Shown here piece by piece: positions 33,076-48,000 of a stretch of DNA of 64,000 bases; position 1 is the first letter of the stretch, and each line of letters starts with the position of its first letter. The stretch comes from Diplonema japonicum. Taxonomy: Eukaryota > Protista > Euglenozoa: Diplonemea. Below the pieces are notes generated by a model, which did no database searches, was not told the origin of the DNA, and worked only from the letters and a program-made list of their open reading frames with translations. Position numbers and translations under genes: made by a program. Location: positions 484,998-548,997 of the forward strand of contig OZ025691.1 in the NCBI GenBank assembly GCA_964019335.1, given 5' to 3'.

Positions 33076-36000
33076 ATGATATTTGTATTAGTGGTGATCG
33101 CTTTCACCTTCATCGACTGCCCTGCCGACTTACCCGTGAAATGTATCTCCGGACGGTCCTACTCGTGCTATGCTGCTAGTGTTAGTTGTGAATGCACTGA
33201 GGTATCGCTGACAGATGCGTGTGTACGGCGGAGCACAGCTGGTGTGTTTAGAGGGCGCTGCAATTACAAAACTGCGCAATGTGAAGAATCATGTAAGGTC
33301 ACAGAGTGCGAGGGGGTGAATGCTGAAGGTGAGTGTCTCGTGTCGTGCAAAGCTGACGAAATTTTTGTAAGCTCCAACGGCTTTGGAACGTGCTTTCCTT
33401 CGTACTGGGGTGGCGAGAGGCTAGCTCCGGAGTGTCTGGGAATTCTAGCACTTCGTGCCTCCGATCCCTTAACCGAGATAGGGGGCAGTATCGTGTGTCC
33501 CGATGGCGGTACTGCTTCTTCCTACCTAGACTGTCCCTGTCCTGGGTCTTTTCCTTTAAAATGCCCCACGCCAGAGGGCTACGACTGCCTCGCTGGGTCT
33601 TCTCCCTCCGAGTGCCCCATCTACATCTGCACACATCCTGTCACAGGCATATCAGGACAATGCGATTTGGAGGCCGGTGTTTGCGTTGTGAGTAACAGCA
33701 CTGCCCCAGCTTTCAGCTCCGTATTGCAATGCACAGGTGACTACAGCAGAACATGTACATCGTCAGTTGGTGACTTCTGCGTGCACGGCGACTGCATGTG
33801 CCAGTCTGATTTGCACAGCAGAAAGGATACAGTTTGCAGACAATTTAGGTGTTCTACCACTGACACCTTTGTCTCTAGCCCTGCAGCTTGCCCATGCCCA
33901 GCAGACATGCCAGTGCGATGTGTTGAGAGGTCGGGTATCTATTGCCTTGAAGCAGGCCAACAATGCGATGTGACAGATGCTTGCGGTGATAGGGGTGAAC
34001 GAGTTTGTGACTTTAAAACAGGCGAGTGTATATGTCCGGAAGGATGGGAAGGCTCAAACTGTACTGAGGTACGACACATTGAAGTCTATGAGCCCGTGCC
34101 AGAGGAAGAGGAAGTTGTGCGGCATACCCCGCAACGTTCAAGCGCAGTTTCTAACGTTGAAGAAGACGACTTGCTTATATGTATGGGAAATGATGCACTC
34201 GTCACGAGGCCAGAAGACTGCCCATGCCCTAGTGAGACGCCTACACGGTGCGTTGCGAAAGGTGTTGTTGATTGCTTCAGCCCTGACGTGCGGTGTGAGT
34301 GTGCCTTGCTTCTCACCTTAGATGTCGTGTCCTTGGACTGCCCTTACGAGAACGTGACATGCCCTGATGGCACTGATGTCTTCCACCCGCTTGATTGCAG
34401 CTGCAACTCAGCCTATCCCAAAAGGTGCCTCAACCCTACAGGGTTCACGTGCATTGAGGAGTCGGAGGATTGCCCGTTTCAAGTCCCATGCCTTGACGGG
34501 AGAGGTGTCTGTGATTTGGCAACAGGTGCATGCGAGTGCAACGAAGGTTTAGCAGGAGTTGAGTGCGGTCCACTGGGTACATGTGCGAGATACTCATGTG
34601 TTGATAACAGTACTGCCCCTATCTCGGGAACAGCTTCGGACAGTACGAAGTGCGCAACGACTTGCGCAGATGGAACAACAGCTTGCCTTCGTGACTCGCA
34701 AGTAACGTGCCTCCCAGATGGATATATCTGTGGGTGTTCTGGGCTCCTTGTTGACCTCCCAATTGAGGCCTTTATTGCGTCCAACTACACCTCCCCAGAT
34801 GTCATGTTATTTGATTGTTCTGTGTTCACGGGCGTGGCAGGTTTTGTGACTCATCCCTTGCTGTGCACGTGTCCCCCTTTCCGACCGAAGATGTGCCTGT
34901 CAGACAGAGGACCTTCGTGCGTGACGGCGATCGAGCGGTGCGATGGGCATAACTCTCTTGTCCACAATTGTACTTCGGGTTGTGACTTATTTCATGGTAC
35001 GTGCAGTACATGTGATGTATTGGCCACATGCAACGGGCACGGGTCGTGCACACAGCAGGCAACTACCTGGCCCTGCGAGTGCTTTGCTGATGACATTAGA
35101 GGTTACTGGGATGATGCTACGAACTGCAGTTCATGTTCCCGCGACTGGTACGGAAAGGACTGCACCCACAGCTGTTCTGATGTGTACTGCGGTGAGCGTG
35201 GGGAGTGCCTTGATGCTGCATGTGCATGTAAAAGGGAATGGGATGGCAGGGGGTTCGCGGGAAGTACGTGTGATAAGTGTGTCCCCGGCTGGAAGGGTGC
35301 CAACTGTACCATTGAAGACACATACATCGCTGTGCGCATGACTGCGCCCGACGACCTGTTGAACGGTTTTGATTTTGATGTGTTCATCGAAGTTTTCAAT
35401 GTGGCACCTGAGGGGGTAGACCTCAGCAGCATCGAGTTCGTCTTGCATGTCACTCTGCCCAGGCTTGACAATGATGTGCAGTGGAGGGTCCCTAGCACGT
35501 GTGTGTATCACGCGCTGTCTGGTGTCAATGTCACCACAGATGCTTACTGCTTGGTAGGGCTTCTTGAGGAGCCATGGACAGGAACTTTCTCTGTCTATGT
35601 TCCGATTGAGTGGCGTGGCGTGCTCAAAATGCAATCCGAGCTGTACTATGGAGGGAATGACACGGCAGCCTCGGGTGATACTTTCTATAGTGACAACATC
35701 TTGATGCTAGGGAGCTACAACCTGTATCCTCATTGGCCTGAGTCAGATCAGCCACGGTCGGTTCTGATGTCCAGCAGTCCCATGCGACCACAAATTACAT
35801 TCTATTTCAATACTACTATGCATCCGCAGGTAGATCGGAACTACACACTAAGGCCTGTCCTGTACAATGAAGGACCTAGCTTTGCAACAGTGTATTTGAA
35901 AATCGAAATTCCATCGGGACGCCTTGCTGTGGACTCCATCTGGAAGATCCCAAAAGCATGCGAGTTGAATACTACTCTAAGCTCTTCCTCCCTCGCAGTT

Positions 36001-39000
36001 GTGTACTGCAAGGTCACACTTGCTCCAGGTGAGACATGGGCTGACAACGAAATCGGGCTGCTGGTCGATCGCATTGCACCTGACAGGCCAAGTGGTTGGT
36101 ACTTGCCGGGAGACCTCAACATTGAAGCCACCTGGTGGCACCACTTGGACCCCAGCATCCATCACAGTGCAAATGTGACGCACATTGTGGACGAAACGTA
36201 CGTGACGGTCAATAGCCTTGTGGCGCAGGACATTCCACGTATTGGGTTCACACACAGAATCCTTGTGAATATGACCTATCCAAAGCAGAGCGATTTCTCA
36301 GCCCGTTTGGAACGTGTGACCATCTTGGTGCAGGTCTCTGTTAACTCTAGCTCCACCGTTACACTACCTTCCGACATCTTTGGCTACAGTGAGGAGGGGA
36401 AAAACACATGGTCTTGCAGATCAGCTCAGTACCCACTGCCCTTCAAGCAAGAAGCCACTTGGAACGTTTCAGTACCCAACAAATGGGAAGACCCCTCCAG
36501 CTATCAATGGTTGTGCACTTGGTATCCCCATCCCCCTATGATGCTCCCAGGAAGCAGCTTCGATGTAGAACTCGAGCTGTCTTTCACTCCGCAGCACCCA
36601 TCTGGTCTGATCACAACAACTGTGACCACTGTGTACCCTGAGGTTACTTTCACGAGATTTAAAAACGAGACAGTTTTGAGCTTAACGGAGGTGGTGCCCA
36701 ATCCTGTAGGTGAGCTATTCCTCGCTCCGGACATTCTAAGGCCTGGCTTCCATTCAAGGCTTTTTGTCAACTATACGCAACTTGCTTCTTGGGCGGGCAA
36801 CGTGTGGCTGCAGCTTAAAATGTGGGAAGTAAAGCCCGACACAACGTTTCTGAGTGATCACAACTGCAGCTTCTCAGCTTGGTACTTCTCCAACAGGGAC
36901 AAGGGCGGCACAGTGAACTGCTTCTTGGGTCTGACCATGCAGCCATTTGAGGAACGTGCGTTGTGGTTAACACTGAGCCCATCAGCATCTAGCGTCAACA
37001 GGGTGAATCTCTTAGCACAGGTTTATGTGTCTAACTTTGACCCTGCCCCGTTTGCTGAGATGTTCGACAGCTTAGCCATCGACCCTGTCGTGCCGATAGT
37101 GGAATTGCTTTTAACAAATGTGACACGCCTGTACCCGGGGTTCTATAGCACGTTGCAGTTGAATGTGAGTGTCCCCGACACTGCAATCGCGGCGGGGGTA
37201 GCCATCAACTGCACCTTCGATGGGCAGTCACGCATTTACCGTGTGACTAACGCTGATGAGACTATGTCTTCTTACTCAGGGATGCCGGCTGAGCCCCACC
37301 TTTACCCCGACATCGTGACATACACATTAGTGAGCAACGTCACGCCTACTGAAGTGATCTACAACAGCAGCACTACAGTCACAGCTGGTAAGGCATGGGA
37401 CAATGCGGCTATCACGATAGATACTCTGCAGTGGGATGAGACATACACATTCTACATTGACGTGTACCTGACCGACGCCATACAGTACCTTGCCACAACG
37501 TGCCTGGTGACATCTGACCATGACACGACTGGCGTCTCGCACTACCTGACCCTGCCTCTAACAGCTGCACCAACACTTTCCTTGTACCTCTCATTTCCTG
37601 ACGGCGAGGCATGGGTGATGACACCTGTTACAGTCTATTGGAATGTTACGCAACACGTGGAACAAGACGCTTACTTCGGAAACCTGGTCGTCGACTTCGA
37701 CATCAAGTCAGGCGGCTACGTTGACTCTGTGAGTTCCATCACGACAACCTCTTCCGATGGGACATGCACTACAAGCCCCTTGCAATGCAAGTTTGAGCCC
37801 ATCACTGGCGACTGGGAGCGCAGTGGTTCCATCACCTTTCTGATTGGCCCTTCCGCGCAAGGCGACTTTTTTTTCCGAGCCAACGTGACAGCTGTGCCTA
37901 GCCCTTGGACTTCCAATGGTGTCTTTATCGCAGATTACCTTGTTATACCACTGAACCTTCCCAATGCAGTATTGAACCTGTGGCCCAACACCCCCCATAT
38001 CCCTGGATACGAGGTGATGTTCCAGCTGAATATTACAATCGAGGGTAAAGGTTACTACTACGGCACGGTGATAAGGTTTGATCTTAGGAATTGTGAAGGC
38101 TTCGGTCTGTCGACGATAGGACTAAGCTCGTTCACGCAGGCAACCGACTGCACTGTCGATGTAAACAGCACCAGAGCCAATTGTTCGTACCCTGTGATCG
38201 AACTCCCTGCCTCGTGGGTACACACGGTGGTGACCACTTCACCAATTGACAACGAGCTGCCCATCATCATGGAGGCGCAGCTGGACAGCACTGGCGTCGA
38301 TCTGGACAACGTCGACAACGAGGACGACAACGTGGCCGTCGAGTTGTGGCCGCACCTTCCTGACGTCAGTGTTGACGTGCACAACACATCAGCACATATC
38401 CGTGATGCCGTTACGGATGTCATTATTCAGGTCCACAACGTAGGACACCTGCTGTCCATCGCCCACTCTTTGACAGCCACCGTTAGCATCCAGGCTACGG
38501 GACACAATCATACTGACAGTCGTTTTTATTACGGTTCAATGCAGCCCACGGCTCACTCGAATGTCCGTCATCTGCTCGCCTTCGGTGACCCTTTCTGCAG
38601 CTATATCAACAGCCAGCTGCTGACGAACTGTACTTTCGGGTCTGTCTCTGGGAAAAGCCACGCGAATATCACCATCCCGATCAAGCACGGTATCACCACT
38701 GGGTTCTTCTGCATGAATGTAACTGTCGAAGGAGGCAATTGGGCTAAGCGTACCAGCTCCAACCTACCGTCAGGGCTTTCGGTGACCTACTGCAGCACAC
38801 TGGAAGATGTCGCTTACGAGTCGTACTCCCCAGTAACCTCAGTTGGGGTAAGGCCTTCCGTCATGGCTGATGCGCAATTCCAGGTGGATACATCGTGGAC
38901 GACTACAGAAGTGGCTGCCGGCAGTGCGTATGATGTTGCTGTCTTCATCACGGGCCTCCCACTCTCCACGTACACCTCATGGGGTATCTTTGGATATGAT

Positions 39001-42000
39001 TACGTAATGGTGAATGTGACGTTTGGGCCTGACACAGTACTGAACGACCAGGGGTTGGTACGCCACATTGAGATGAACCAGATAACGAAGCTCCCGTCAG
39101 AGTGCAGCCCTCCGCCCACTGACACAAGCAGTCCTAACCACGTCTTGTGTGAGTACAGTAACAATTACAACAACCTTACACTGGGCTTCAAGGTGAGCAT
39201 CTACACAGGACACAGAGAAGACTTTACAGTGACCGTCACCTCACAAGGGATTGGGCACAATCACTTGCTGCAGACTCTAGACCCTTTGGATAGCGCACAC
39301 ACCTCAAGGTATCCCACAATACCGCCGGATACCTTCATTGGCATCGACTACGACGACACGAAGATACTACCTGGCAGACGGGCATCGATGTACATGAACA
39401 TCTCGAACAACGGTCCTTCTACAGTGCAGTTGTTTGTGGTGGCTGATCTTGACTATCACATGAGATTTGCTGATGACTTCAACTTGACCGGTGCCTTTAT
39501 GATGCCTGCTACCATCAACAGCTCCTTCTTCATACCCACTGAAATAACGGAAACTGGAACTTTCAGTGGATCGATTACGAGACCCACCCACAGCAAAACG
39601 CTAATAGCGACAGATACCCTGTCCCTCACTGCGACTGCAACGTTGTCGCAAACCATGACGGACACAGTCACTGCTTCATCGTCCCACACGGGGACGCTGA
39701 CACTTCCGTCCGCAACGCTATCTGCTACCTTGACCGGCTCTGCCTCGGTGACACACACGCTGAGTACCTCGTTGTCACCATCCGTGTCATACACAGTGAG
39801 TACTTTGTCCCCCAGCGCAACCATTGCTACTTTCACTGCGTACACACTGACGACGACCATTAGCCAACCTTCCAAAACACCCTCCCTGACAGCGAGTGCC
39901 ACCTGTACGCCTACAGCCAGCGAGTCCATACAGTATTCCTACACCACAACCGCCTCGTACCACTACGCCAAACCAAAGCCCTACGACGATGGTCTCTATC
40001 ACTTTGTTGAGCCTATCGATCCTGAAGACTATGGTCTGCGACGTACCACGTGGCCTTTGTGGCCCGGTACCTTTTTGTCACAAGTGAACACCACAGGGCT
40101 CTTCCCATTCACGGAGCCACCGAGGTCCGAAGGCGTTGATGGGTCACGGAGGCATACTGTCGCACAGTTTTACCTTGTTCCGCATGCACATGTGGTTCTG
40201 AAGTACTTGTTCGACATCATTGGTCCCTACAACATACGGCCGTCAGCCAACATTACTACGTACATTGAGAACTTGGACAAGAGCTATCTTATGACGCAGC
40301 ATTTCCAGACTACAGAACATGCGTCGGATGTGATGGTTGTTATCAACACAACGTGGGACTTGCCTACACCTGGCTACAACAACCTGACAGTTATACTGCA
40401 AAATATTGGGCCCGGGTGGGCGGGGAAAACGACGGTTGTAATGGAGGTTAACACGGAAGGAGTGAGCTTTGCCCCTTTCTCCACTGAGTGGATATCGCCA
40501 TACCACACTTGCAACTTTACCACAACCCGCATCGTGTGCGAAATAGTAGGCATGCAGTCGAAGTACGACGACGATGTGGATAACGTGCAGCCCGACCCTG
40601 CCGATCCGAAATCTGTCGAACACCACCACAGTCTAATCTTGCCATGGAAGTACGAGCTGCCCATAACACTAGTGGTGGACCACTACTTCAATGGAACGCT
40701 GAATTTCACTGTTGACGTGTTTGTGGATAATGACAAGGACATCTCAAACAACAGGGTGCTCTTTGACCCGATTGTGTTACTGCCTGACTTGCGTCCCCTT
40801 CTTGTTTTCCCCACATGGCCCGAGACAGCATATGAGCTTCGGATCTTCAACTCCGGCCCTGTTACAGCTCATGATGTGAGGGCTGTGATGTCGATTAGTG
40901 GCGGAATCGTTTCAGGTATCTACCCTGCAAAGACGGTCCACCCCCAGTCACATGAGGGTCCAGACCCTGGGCTGCTGTCACTGCCGTATGGGCAGCGCGA
41001 AGGTGCTATCCACATGCCGAACGACAGTTACTGGTACACACAGGACTGCTTCACTTCAGACGAGCGTGACTTCCTTAAATGCGTGATCGATGAGCTTCCT
41101 TACGACCCGTTGCTGCCGCCTGAGAGGAATTACCTGTCACGGTGGTTTCGCATCGACGTCTTTGCCCGTGCGCAGCTCAGCTTCAAAGGGGCTATTACGA
41201 ATGAGGACAGGAACATGGCAGATAACGGCATTGTTGCACAGTGTCCTGTGCACTCGGAGTGTTGGACTGATATAGAGATTGTGAAGGTCACTGGCTGCAT
41301 GGACATATGGCCCTCCACTGTCAACTGTCCGCCAGATGGCTCCACCAAGTTAACTGTGTGGGGTAAGGGTTTCGGTCACGAAGCAGATCCCAGGATCCAG
41401 GTCTTCGTTGGAGGTGCAAGGTGTGGCACCGTCACATGGCACAACGCTTCGGACTACACGCTTAACGACCCGTTGTGGGCGAACTTCCAAGTTCTTACCT
41501 GCGAGGACTACCTTGGGTATACGTATGGCGACGAGTCACCGGAGGCTGCGTGGGCGTATGGCAGTCGAGGTGGCTTTGGGAAGAAACTGACCGAGAAGCA
41601 AGGTGTGAACCTTCCCATCACTGTCGTGAACTCAGCCGAAAGGAACAAAACCGAGGAATGGGTATCTGTCAGCTTTGCATATTACCCAATCATACGGAGC
41701 ATTAACAACTGCAGTGCTGTGAATGACACGTGGAATGGTGCATGCCCTACATCAGGCTCAACGCGAATAGAGATCACAGGTGAGCACTTCATCGGGTACG
41801 GCGGCTTTGGAGCGGTTACTGTCATGTTCGGTCACTTTGAGTGCGAGCAGGTGCAGATTATTAACGATAATCTCATTTGGTGTACGAAGTATAGCGGTTA
41901 CGGCACCTTGAACCAGGTGCGAGTTAAGGCGAACGGGCTGTGGGATAAGTCTCCCTGGACAACGTATCTCCACTTCAGACCGGTACCAGTCATTGAGCAT

Positions 42001-45000
42001 ATAATGGGCTGCTACGACGAAGGACAGTACACGCACCATTGCAACCAAGATGGGCGGCAGGTCATTACTATTCTTGGTTATCATCTGTGGGAGGACAACA
42101 ACGGTGTGCAGGACATTGGAGATGTCAGAATCGGCGACTTCAGCTGCCTAACAGTCGTGGCGAGCAACAATGAAACGTGGAACAGCCCGTATACTGTCCC
42201 ATACCCATCAGCCCACGGCGGAAGCGGAAAGCTGCATGCAAAGGTGGGTACAATGTTAACTTGTGTTGGTTATGAGTGGCAGCCTGCTACAATGGGGCAC
42301 CTAGGCGCAAACATTTCATTAACTGTGTCATTCCACGGAGAAGTCAGCAAGGAGTCGATAAGTATCAGCTTCTCAGAGCTGAGAGTGGATAGAGTGACCG
42401 GCTGTTTCGATTTCCCTCCCTCGACAGCAAACTGCCATTCCAATGGGCTACACACTATCACCTTACATGGGAAGGGCTTCGGAAATAGTGGGGCAAAGAT
42501 CTGGGTAGGTGAGCATGAGTGCCAAACAGTGAGGCATGGAAGGTACATCGACAGTGTGTATCAAGGCTTCGGTGATGAAGTGATTGAGTGCAGCAACTAC
42601 ATGACTCCAACCACGCTGCCCTCGTACCACCCCAGTTACCAGCCTGTCATACCTGTGAACGCCAGCAACGATTTCAACGCAACAACACCTCCCTTCCCGC
42701 CGCAGTCCGTGCACCCTACTATCCGCACTGTCTATGGAGTAATTTTGAAGGTCAAAGAAGTGTCCATATCTTTCACAAAACGACCAGAGGTGTACTCCGT
42801 GACTGGCTGTACGGAATCTTTTTACAAGAATCACACGCGAGGCTGCTACACAAACGGTACCATGCCTCTTGTGATCAGGGGAAAATATTTTATTGGTGGC
42901 CTTGGATTCGGCATGCCTTCGATATGGATAGGCCCGTATAAATGTAGGAAGCCTCTTATAATTTCTGATACGCATGTCGAGTGCCACGAGTACCCTGGGT
43001 TGGGGCCAGCGAATAGAGTCGAGGTGCGGAGGGGCATCGTGGGCACGGAGTGGGACACCGTGTACAGGGAAATCTCAGGTGTTTCAGGTGTCGCACAGTT
43101 CTACACAACACATTTATCAAGTACTAACCCAGAAGCTGCAGCAGCTGCTGCGTGGCTCAAGCAGAACATAGTCGAGGAGGATGTGTTTGTAACATACCGT
43201 GTCATGCCCGTAGTAAGCTCCATCTCGGGCTGCGGGTGTTCTGCTGACCTTGTGGCACTAGGCATACCTGATTGCGCTTTGGAAACCTCGAACCACACTG
43301 TGCTGTGCTCTCCGCAGGGCGGGGGTGCTATTACATTGAAGGGCTACAACTTTGGTGACGACCCTGTTGATATTTACATTGGGTCACGTCTCACGGCAAG
43401 CAAGAAGTGCGACATTGTCACCCATGATGCGACATATCCTGACAGCATTCTGTACTGCACTGGATACAAGTACTCCGGGTCGTGGCTGAGAGTAACAGTA
43501 GTCCGCAGCGAAGAGGAGAGCGAAGACCCGATATACCTGTCCTTCTCAAGTTCGTGCCCTTTTTACAATCACGTGCTCAGAATAGAGACAATAGGCGCCT
43601 CTAGTAACGGAACGCTCTGCAACAGTCGCGGGACCTGTGACGCCACATGTCCGAATGCACCCGCATCGTGCAACTGCTACAAAACCGCCGCAGCAGGGTA
43701 CTGGGACGGCTATGCATGTCAGGACTGCTTGTATGGCTACTTCGGTGCCGAATGCAAATCTGGGTGCAACGGAGGTGCAGCCGCCCCCTGTAACAATAAT
43801 GGTGTTTGCTTGAGCGGCATCGACGGTGACGGCACATGTGACTGCCACCCGGGTTATGCAGGAGTGTCCTGTGAGAAGGCATGCCCAACCGACGGAAGTA
43901 ACAGGATCTGCGGTGGGTTCCTGTCCGCTTGCTCCAATGGCACAACTGGGACAGGTCTGTGTAATTGCCCAAGCAACCCTGTTACCGGATACTGGGCAGG
44001 TTTTGCTTGTGACACCTGTCAGAAGGGTTGGGCACAAGAATGCACAGTTGAATGCCCCAATGGTGCTGCTAACCCTTGCGGTGAGTACGGCACGTGTGAC
44101 GAAGGCCCTGCAGGTGCTGGGAATTGCACATGCAGCTCTGGGTACGCCGGTGTGAAGTGCGACATACCTTGTGATGGAGGTCCCACTAATCCCTGCAGCA
44201 GGAACGGGGAGTGCAACGCTCTAGACGGAACGTGCAAATGCTATCAATCGATAACACAGGGTTATTGGGGTGGGACAACTTGCTCGGCGTGTTTATATGG
44301 GTACTCAAGCCCTGACACCACTCCAGGATGCATCACCCCATGTCCGCGCAACAGCACCGGGGCTGTGTGCTCTGATTTGGGAAACTGCATTCTCGGCGAG
44401 TGTTTCTGTCCAGACACTCTAGCCAGTGGGGAGAAGGTGTGCGGCGCATCGTGCAACATTACTGGAACAGATTGCGACGTCTTTGCCTGCCCCGAGGGCT
44501 ACTATGGCTCTGCGTGCAACTTAGAGTGTCCCGGGTTCACGACCAATCAAGTCGGGACAGTTACAGTGTGCAGTGGGCACGGTGACTGCAGTACGGGAAA
44601 GCTTGGGAACGGTCTGTGCTCGTGCAATAGTGGGTATGGAGGACCTGTGTGTACGGTGTGTCCGGGCGGTGCTTCGTCTCCTTGCAATGGGCGTGGCACG
44701 TGTTCAAGTTCTGCAGGTACGTGTACGTGTTTCTCAGGGTATGCTACATCCGACTGCTCAGTAGCGTGCCACGGAGGTGCCATTGCACCATGCTATAATC
44801 ACGGAACGTGCAAAGACGGTGTAAACGGCGATGGGAGTTGCACTTGCAACTACGGATATCTTGGGATCGACTGCAACAGCGAGTGTCCAGGCGGTGCAAA
44901 CTCCATATGTAATAATCATGGGAATTGTACTTCCCTTGGGACATGCGTCTGCGAAGATGACTCCGAATACGGCCATTGGACTGGCACTGCATGCGCGCAA

Positions 45001-48000
45001 TGTCTCCCAGACTGGTTCGGGGCATCATGCCTGCAGACTTGTCCCAAGTCTCCCGATGGACAGAACTGCAGTGGTCACGGTGCGTGCCCAACAGATGCCG
45101 AGGTGTGCAACTGCGATGCGAACATTGACTCTGGGTATTGGAACGGAACTATTTGCTCGGACTGCCAGTCAGGTTACTGGGGAAGTACTTGTGTAGATGC
45201 CTGTCCTGGTGGTGCATGCTTTCCTTGCAACGGGCACGGTGTCTGTTCCGAGGGGATTCTTGGTAATGGACAATGCGCGTGCACCTCAAACAATACGCAT
45301 GGATGGTGGGCATTGGCGGATTGTTCTGATTGTAAGTCTGGCTGGTATGGGTTGAAGTGCTTGGATGAGTGTCCCGGAGGCTATAATGGGCCATGTTCGG
45401 GGCATGGCTCGTGTTTGGATGGACGTTTTGGCTCAGGGCAATGCAGTTGCAGTCAGAACACCGCAACTGGGCATTGGTCGGGGACTTTGTGTGATGTATG
45501 CACAGCAGACTGGTACGGAATAAATTGCACGAGCGAATGCCCAAAAACAAGCGGTTTAACTTGTGGAGGCAAAGGTGTATGCAGCGATGGAACTGCAGGC
45601 ACAGGACTATGCGACTGCTTCACGGGGGTTGCTGGGGTGAACTGTGATTTGTTCTGTCCAAGAGATACCTTAAACAGGATTTGTGGCAGCTTTACCGCCT
45701 CGTGTAGCGACGGCAGAGCAGGGACAGGACTGTGTGTGTGCCCCAGATCGCCCACCCTGGGATACTGGCAAGAGCCAGTTTGTGATATTTGCAGATCCGG
45801 TTATGGTGGTTCTTCCTGTACTGTAGAGTGCCCTGGTGGAGCTACAAGTCCTTGCTCAGGCAACGGTGTTTGCAATGATGGAATTCTTGGAACCGGTTTA
45901 TGTGTTTGCAATACTGGTTTTGCAGGTGTCGCTTGTGAATTCGAGTGCCCTGGTGGTGCAGGAAATCACTGTAATCTGCGTGGCACTTGTGAAGCAGGTG
46001 GTGTATGCAGGTGTTATTCTTCATCCATACTCGGGTACTGGGCAGGTCTCAAGTGTGATACATGTGCCGCAGGGTGGTCAGGCACCACTTGCACTTCGAG
46101 CTGTCCGACGCACAACTCGCTCACCTGCTCGGACAGAGGGAGGTGCATAGAGGGTAAGTGCTACGAGTGCGGGACGTCCTACTGCGGTGATGCATGTGAG
46201 TTGGGTGGTCCGGACGACCCTAGTGTGTGCAGTGCGTACTTGTGCCCCCCTGCACGATTTGGGCCTACATGCAGTGGTGAGTGTCTCGGTACAATAACCA
46301 CTGTGACTCCAAACTTGCCGTGCAGCAGTCACGGGACTTGTTCTGAGGGAAGGACAGGTAATGGAAAATGCATCTGTGACAACGGCTATGCAGGAGAGTC
46401 GTGTAACCTCGAATGTGATGGAGGCGCTTTGAACCCGTGTTCAGGCCATGGCACTTGCAACTCCACACACACAGGGAAGTGCAAATGCGATCCCTTCTAC
46501 GCCACTTCGTCATGTGGGACAGCCTGCAGCGGCTACGGGACACCGGGTGGCGTGTGTACAGGAAGAGGTCAATGCAACATGGACTCAGAAGGTGACGGAA
46601 AATGCCACTGTAATGTAGGTTTTGCGGGGGAGTCCTGTGACAAAGAGTGTCCTGGCGGGTACAAGAATCCTTGCAGCGGCCACGGTTCATGCGACACACT
46701 AACAGCGCTTTGCTCCTGCCAAGACTCGGAACAGACCGGGCGCTTTGGAGGGAACGATTGCTCGAGTTGCAGAAGCGGGTTCTGGGGGGAGAATTGCTTG
46801 CAAATATGCCCGCCGAGTGGAGCAACGCAGGGCCAGGAATGTGCCTGCCTCGAAGGTTGGGCGTCGCCTGATTGCACTGTTGAATGCGCTGGTGGGAATG
46901 CTAACCCATGTAACAGAAACGGTGTCTGTAATGCAACCAACGTAGGTGACGGAACGTGTGATTGTAACGACGGCTTCCGTGGAGTTGCATGCAGCTTGCG
47001 CTGTGCTGGACATGCTGTGTCTGGTAAAGAATGTAGTGGGCATGGGACATGTCTCAATGACGGTTCGTGCAGATGCTATTCTGCCGATATCCGTGGGTAC
47101 TGGAGTCCCCCCGCTTGTGACAAGTGCCACGGTGACTACTTTGGTCTGCACTGTGACCAGTTGTGTCCCAAGGGGGCTAATGGACTTGCTTGTTCGGGGA
47201 ACGGTATCTGCCCGGCAACAAGGGGAGTCTGTGAATGTTGGTCAGACGTAACTGGCGGTTACTGGACAGGGACTGCGTGTGAAGACTGTTCGTCTGGTTA
47301 CTGGGGTTCTGGCTGCAAGTTTCCGTGTCCTGGTGGTGCATGCGATCCTTGTAGCGGGCACGGGATATGTGATTCAGGTGTGACTGGCAGCGGTGTGTGC
47401 GCTTGTCACACTGATATAGTCAATGGTTTCTGGCGGGGCGAGCAATGTGACACATGTGCCGTGGGATACTGGGGCACTTCGTGTGTCAGCGAGTGCCCCG
47501 GCGGTTTGACACCTTCAACCTGGTGCTCTGGCCACGGTGACTGCTCACAAGGACCCACAGGAAGCGGTGAGTGTCTCTGCAACTCCGGCTCACTGACAGG
47601 ATGGTGGGCCGGAGGTGTGTGTCAAGATTGCGCAATAGGCTACTTTGGCCCAGGGTGTGTTTCAAAGTGCCCAGGGGAAAACTTACCCTGTTCAGGTAAC
47701 GGAAAATGTGACGATCTGCTGGCCGGCACCGGGCTGTGTACTTGCAACCGCGGCTCCGCTGGGGTAAGTTGTAACGTTACTTGCCCGAAAGGTCCAAATG
47801 GTGACTACTGCACAAGCGCTTATGTAGAAACACAGGTGGAGGCTTGCAGTTGGGGTGCACCTTCTCAGTTCACTCCCCTGGGTGGCACAGGAAAGTGCAC
47901 GTGCCCTGGGTCGACTGTTGTTTCAGGCGCAGAATTCGGGTACTTGACTGGTTCAGCATGCGAGAAGTGTCTACCTGGTTATGCGGGAAGCGACTGCAAG